Shown here piece by piece: positions 24,456 to 27,985 of a DNA stretch of 27,985 nt. Below the pieces are notes generated by a model, which was given only the letters and a program-made list of their open reading frames with translations, did not search any database and had not been told where the DNA came from. The translations under genes were made by a program, and so were the position numbers. The number at the start of each line of letters is the position of its first letter. The first letter of the stretch is position 1. The DNA comes from Octopus sinensis (lineage: Eukaryota): contig NW_021827505.1 of the NCBI RefSeq assembly GCF_006345805.1, forward strand, positions 1-27,985, given 5' to 3'.

Positions 24456-26012
24456 TAGTTATATAATTCTATTCACGCAGACACATACACACAGTCACTC
24501 ACACACACACACACACGTCTAACACAAATACTCAATCTCTCTCTTGCCTTCTCTCTCTTACTCACACACACACACAGTCACATACACAGCTACATACACA
24601 CATAGCCGCACACAAATACTCCCTCTCTTTCTCTTCCCTTCTCTCTCTTACTCTCTCTCTTTCTCTCTCGCACACACACACGTCGAACATAAATCTCTAA
24701 CAGTTCAACCACCTTACCATCTTTTTGTTTTGTTTTTTTGTTTTTCTTTTGTCAAGACTTTGTTTTCAATATTCAGTTTGGCTGAATATTAAAACAACAG
24801 TTTGATAAAGTAAAGCTTGGACATCAGTCAGTCTACGTAAACAATATACCGGTATGTGGGGGGGGGCGTGGTGGTGGTGGTGGTGGTAGATGGAGACTAG
24901 AGGGGGGAGGGAGAAGAAAGAAAAAAATGGCGGCCGATGAAGAGTAATACGAAAAGACAGGTGGGAGAGATGAGGACAGAAGGAGAGAGAGAGAGAGGGA
25001 GAGGGAGAGCGACAGAGGGAGAGAGATATACATAGACATAGAAGGGGGAGTGATAGATAAAGAGAGAAAATGAGAAAGGTGGGGGAGGTGTGTGAGGCGG
25101 AGGGTTAGGGGTTGGTGGGCGGGGGGTGTCGGATACAATCTCAAATATTTCTTCATTTTTATCCACAATGTCCACCATTGTTTTGTTTATTGCTGTTTGT
25201 TTTTGTTGATTGGTTTTTCTTGTATTCCTTTGTTTTGTTTGTTTGTTGTGTTTTGTTTTGTTTTGTTTTTTTCCTGCCTGTTTATGTTATTGTTCTTTTG
25301 TTTTGTGGTGTGTTGTTATGGCTGTTGCTTTCGTGTCGCCATAAATGTTGTTATTGCTGTCGTTGTTGTTGTTGTTGTTTTGTTCTTGTATTCGTTGTCT
25401 TTGTTCTTGTTGTTGTTGCCAATGTTGTTCGCTTAAATATTGTTGTTGATGTTGTTGTAGTCCTACGCTTCTTTACACACACTCCTCCACCTTCTCCCCT
25501 ATTTATCTACTATTCTCTTATTTTGTTATCTCGTTTTCGTTTCACCAATATTTCCACCTCTTTCGCCACCACCACCACCGCTCAATTTCCTTCTCCTCCT
25601 CCCTCCTCATCCCCCTCATAATCATCATCACCACCACCACCACCACTACCACCATCAACAACATCATCAACACCACCGTCATCAACGTCATTGTCGGCGT
25701 GATCGTCGTGGTCGTCGCGGTTGCGGATGTTCTGCGTCTATTATAAAGTCAAGATGGTGAAATGTGCAACATTTTTTAGATGTATGCTAAACCACTACCA
25801 CCGCCACCACCACCTCCACCACCGCCTCCACCATCATTACAACAGTAACAACAACAATAACAACTCCTTAGACTTGACAATTAAATGTAATCTGAAATAA
25901 AGGCTCAATTTGAAATGTGTGTTTGTACAAACATAAATACATATAGACACAAAAAAAAAATATATATATTCTGCTACCTATCTATCTATCTATCTATCTG
26001 TCTGTCTGACTC

Positions 26013-26049
<37 letters not shown>

Positions 26050-26205
26050 ATGTGTGTGTGTGTGTGTGTGGAAAGAGGTTGTTCTTTACTAGGGATATTC
26101 ATCCAAGACGCACATGCTACAATTCAATTGGAACTGAACTCTCATCCGTTAGGATGTGCGAAAACAATAAAAGTTTTTTTCTTTTACCTTAATAACAGTC
26201 GATTT

Positions 26206-26292
26206 TTGCCCTGATGAAAGATTTTGTCTTCTCAAGGCCATAATGCAATTTAATTGTGGATTTAAGTAATAAACCGAAACGTGCGTAGGCAA
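26206..26292 (+). ncRNA. Type I hammerhead ribozyme, of the kind found in Penelope-like elements
   Basis: UUGCC-CUGAUGA-stem II-GAAA-CGUGC-GUA-GGCAA. Helix I is a perfect 5 bp, the core is intact and the cleavage triplet is GUA. Helix III ACGUGCGU is self-complementary with G-U pairs. AATAAA follows at 26310. Confidence 0.75.
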
Positions 26293-26360
26293 CATGAATT
26301 GACAATTATAATAAATATATTGAATATTCTGTGTATGTATTCTCCATTTTCATTGTATAT

Positions 26361-26392
<32 letters not shown>

Positions 26393-27866
26393 CAAAATAG
26401 ATATATATATCTATGTATGTATAGTGTAGAAAGGATAAACAAGTAAACAACTATTATAATTTTGAATTATGAAACTTGTATAAATAAATATAAATGCTGA
26501 GTTGTTACAGAAGAGGGTTCGAATGGAGTGCATGGTAAGAAGTAAAGGGGTCGGGAGATGTGCAAATAGTTCCTTACAGCTGTTTCCATAACAGATGCAA
26601 ACACGGTGCATCTCATTCTCTCTTTGCTGATGGAGTTGTTAACTACTAAATTCCCCTACTAAATATCTACTTCACATTTTATCGCGAAGAAGACGGTACA
26701 GTCCACTAGTATATAGGTAGCTTATTTTGGTTCGCTGAGACATGTACCACATAAGCAACTATTCTTAAAACAGCTGTAAGAGAGTGTACATTTCATTACT
26801 CCCTTATTGCTGACGACACACTGTATTCTAGAAAATCTATTGTAATAATGCTGACATCATGTTTAATCATGTAAATTCCATTGTCTAAGCTGATGCCAAC
26901 TGTTTGCCCGAGTATTCTTTCTTCATACTGTATATGTACCCGCTCAGTGATAAATCACTTATAGCCATTCATCATAGGAAAATACAATACAAATTGGTGG
27001 TAAGAAAAGTTGAGTAACAAATGTATACACCTCTTATATTACGGCATTAGACGAAATTTTTACCTGAACTCTAACTCTGTATACACACACCCACAAACAC
27101 ACCCACGCATATATATATATATATATATATAATATATATATACACACATATACAACTTTTGATTTAGGTCTTCGTGACGTAAAAATTTTGTGGGCGTCTA
27201 GGACTCGTCAATCATACAAAATGTTCAGTGACACACATTACCATGTGCGTGCTTGTGTCTTTATTACTATCCACATATATGTCTCTATATGCAAATATAG
27301 GCTTCATATATATATATATATATATATGTAAATGCATACATACATGCACGTACATATATATATAGAAAATACACATATAGGTATACATACATACATACAT
27401 ATATATATATATAATATATAGATTAGTGCCAATCTATAATTTGAATTATAGATATTTCATCGCAGTTCAATTATACTATATTAAAATTCAAATTTTCTTC
27501 TATCATATTGCAATTTTCACGTCATCCATTCAGCTGTTGATTCATGAAGCTCCGCTGCAATATTATAACTTCGCTTAATTTGCTAATGTGCAAATATGGT
27601 TATTTTTGTATATCATTCATATTATTTGTTTTAGTTGTTGTTATTGTCTGCACACGCACACACAGACACTCACAACACACACACACACACAAGCACACAG
27701 GCGCACACATATACATACATATAAATACATGCATACATGCCATTTGGATTTCAGAATTTCAGTTTTAATTTTCACAAATATTTATTAAAACACATTTGAT
27801 ATTAGACATAATTTTGTATTATATAGTTGCTTTGTAGACGCATGCATATATTCATATGCATATATA

Positions 27867-27913
<47 letters not shown>

Positions 27914-27947
27914 ATATCACATCATACATTATATATATATATGTATG

Positions 27948-27980
<33 letters not shown>

Positions 27981-27985
27981 TATAT

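Noticed and set aside
26804-26848. CUGACGA...GAAA with a possible UUAUUG/UAAUAA helix I
   Set aside because: Stem II does not form and the cleavage position would be G, which breaks the NUH rule.

Overview
Eukaryotic, repeat-dominated DNA, most likely from an octopus. This call rests on my recognition of the tRNA-derived SINE families and the extreme microsatellite density, not on a database search. No long protein-coding ORF is present: nearly all entries in the ORF track are translated microsatellites. Supported features are at least four tRNA-headed SINE families (two copies have clear target-site duplications), a degenerate I/Jockey/Loa-group LINE reverse-transcriptase relic at about 13.5-14.5 kb, and many simple-repeat arrays. 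The best second-look signals are three. First, hammerhead ribozyme folds: a near-complete type I at 26206-26292 (+), a type III at 7296-7407 (-) and a bare core at about 20.8 kb, none with a recognisable Penelope ORF next to it. Second, fold-back or inversion structures centred on (AT)n tracts at 4.26-4.54 kb and 11.95-12.06 kb. Third, a covarying 3' stem-loop shared by different SINE tails. There are also weak, unconfirmed hints of a CpG-rich promoter at about 8.3-8.9 kb and of several short spliced exons.
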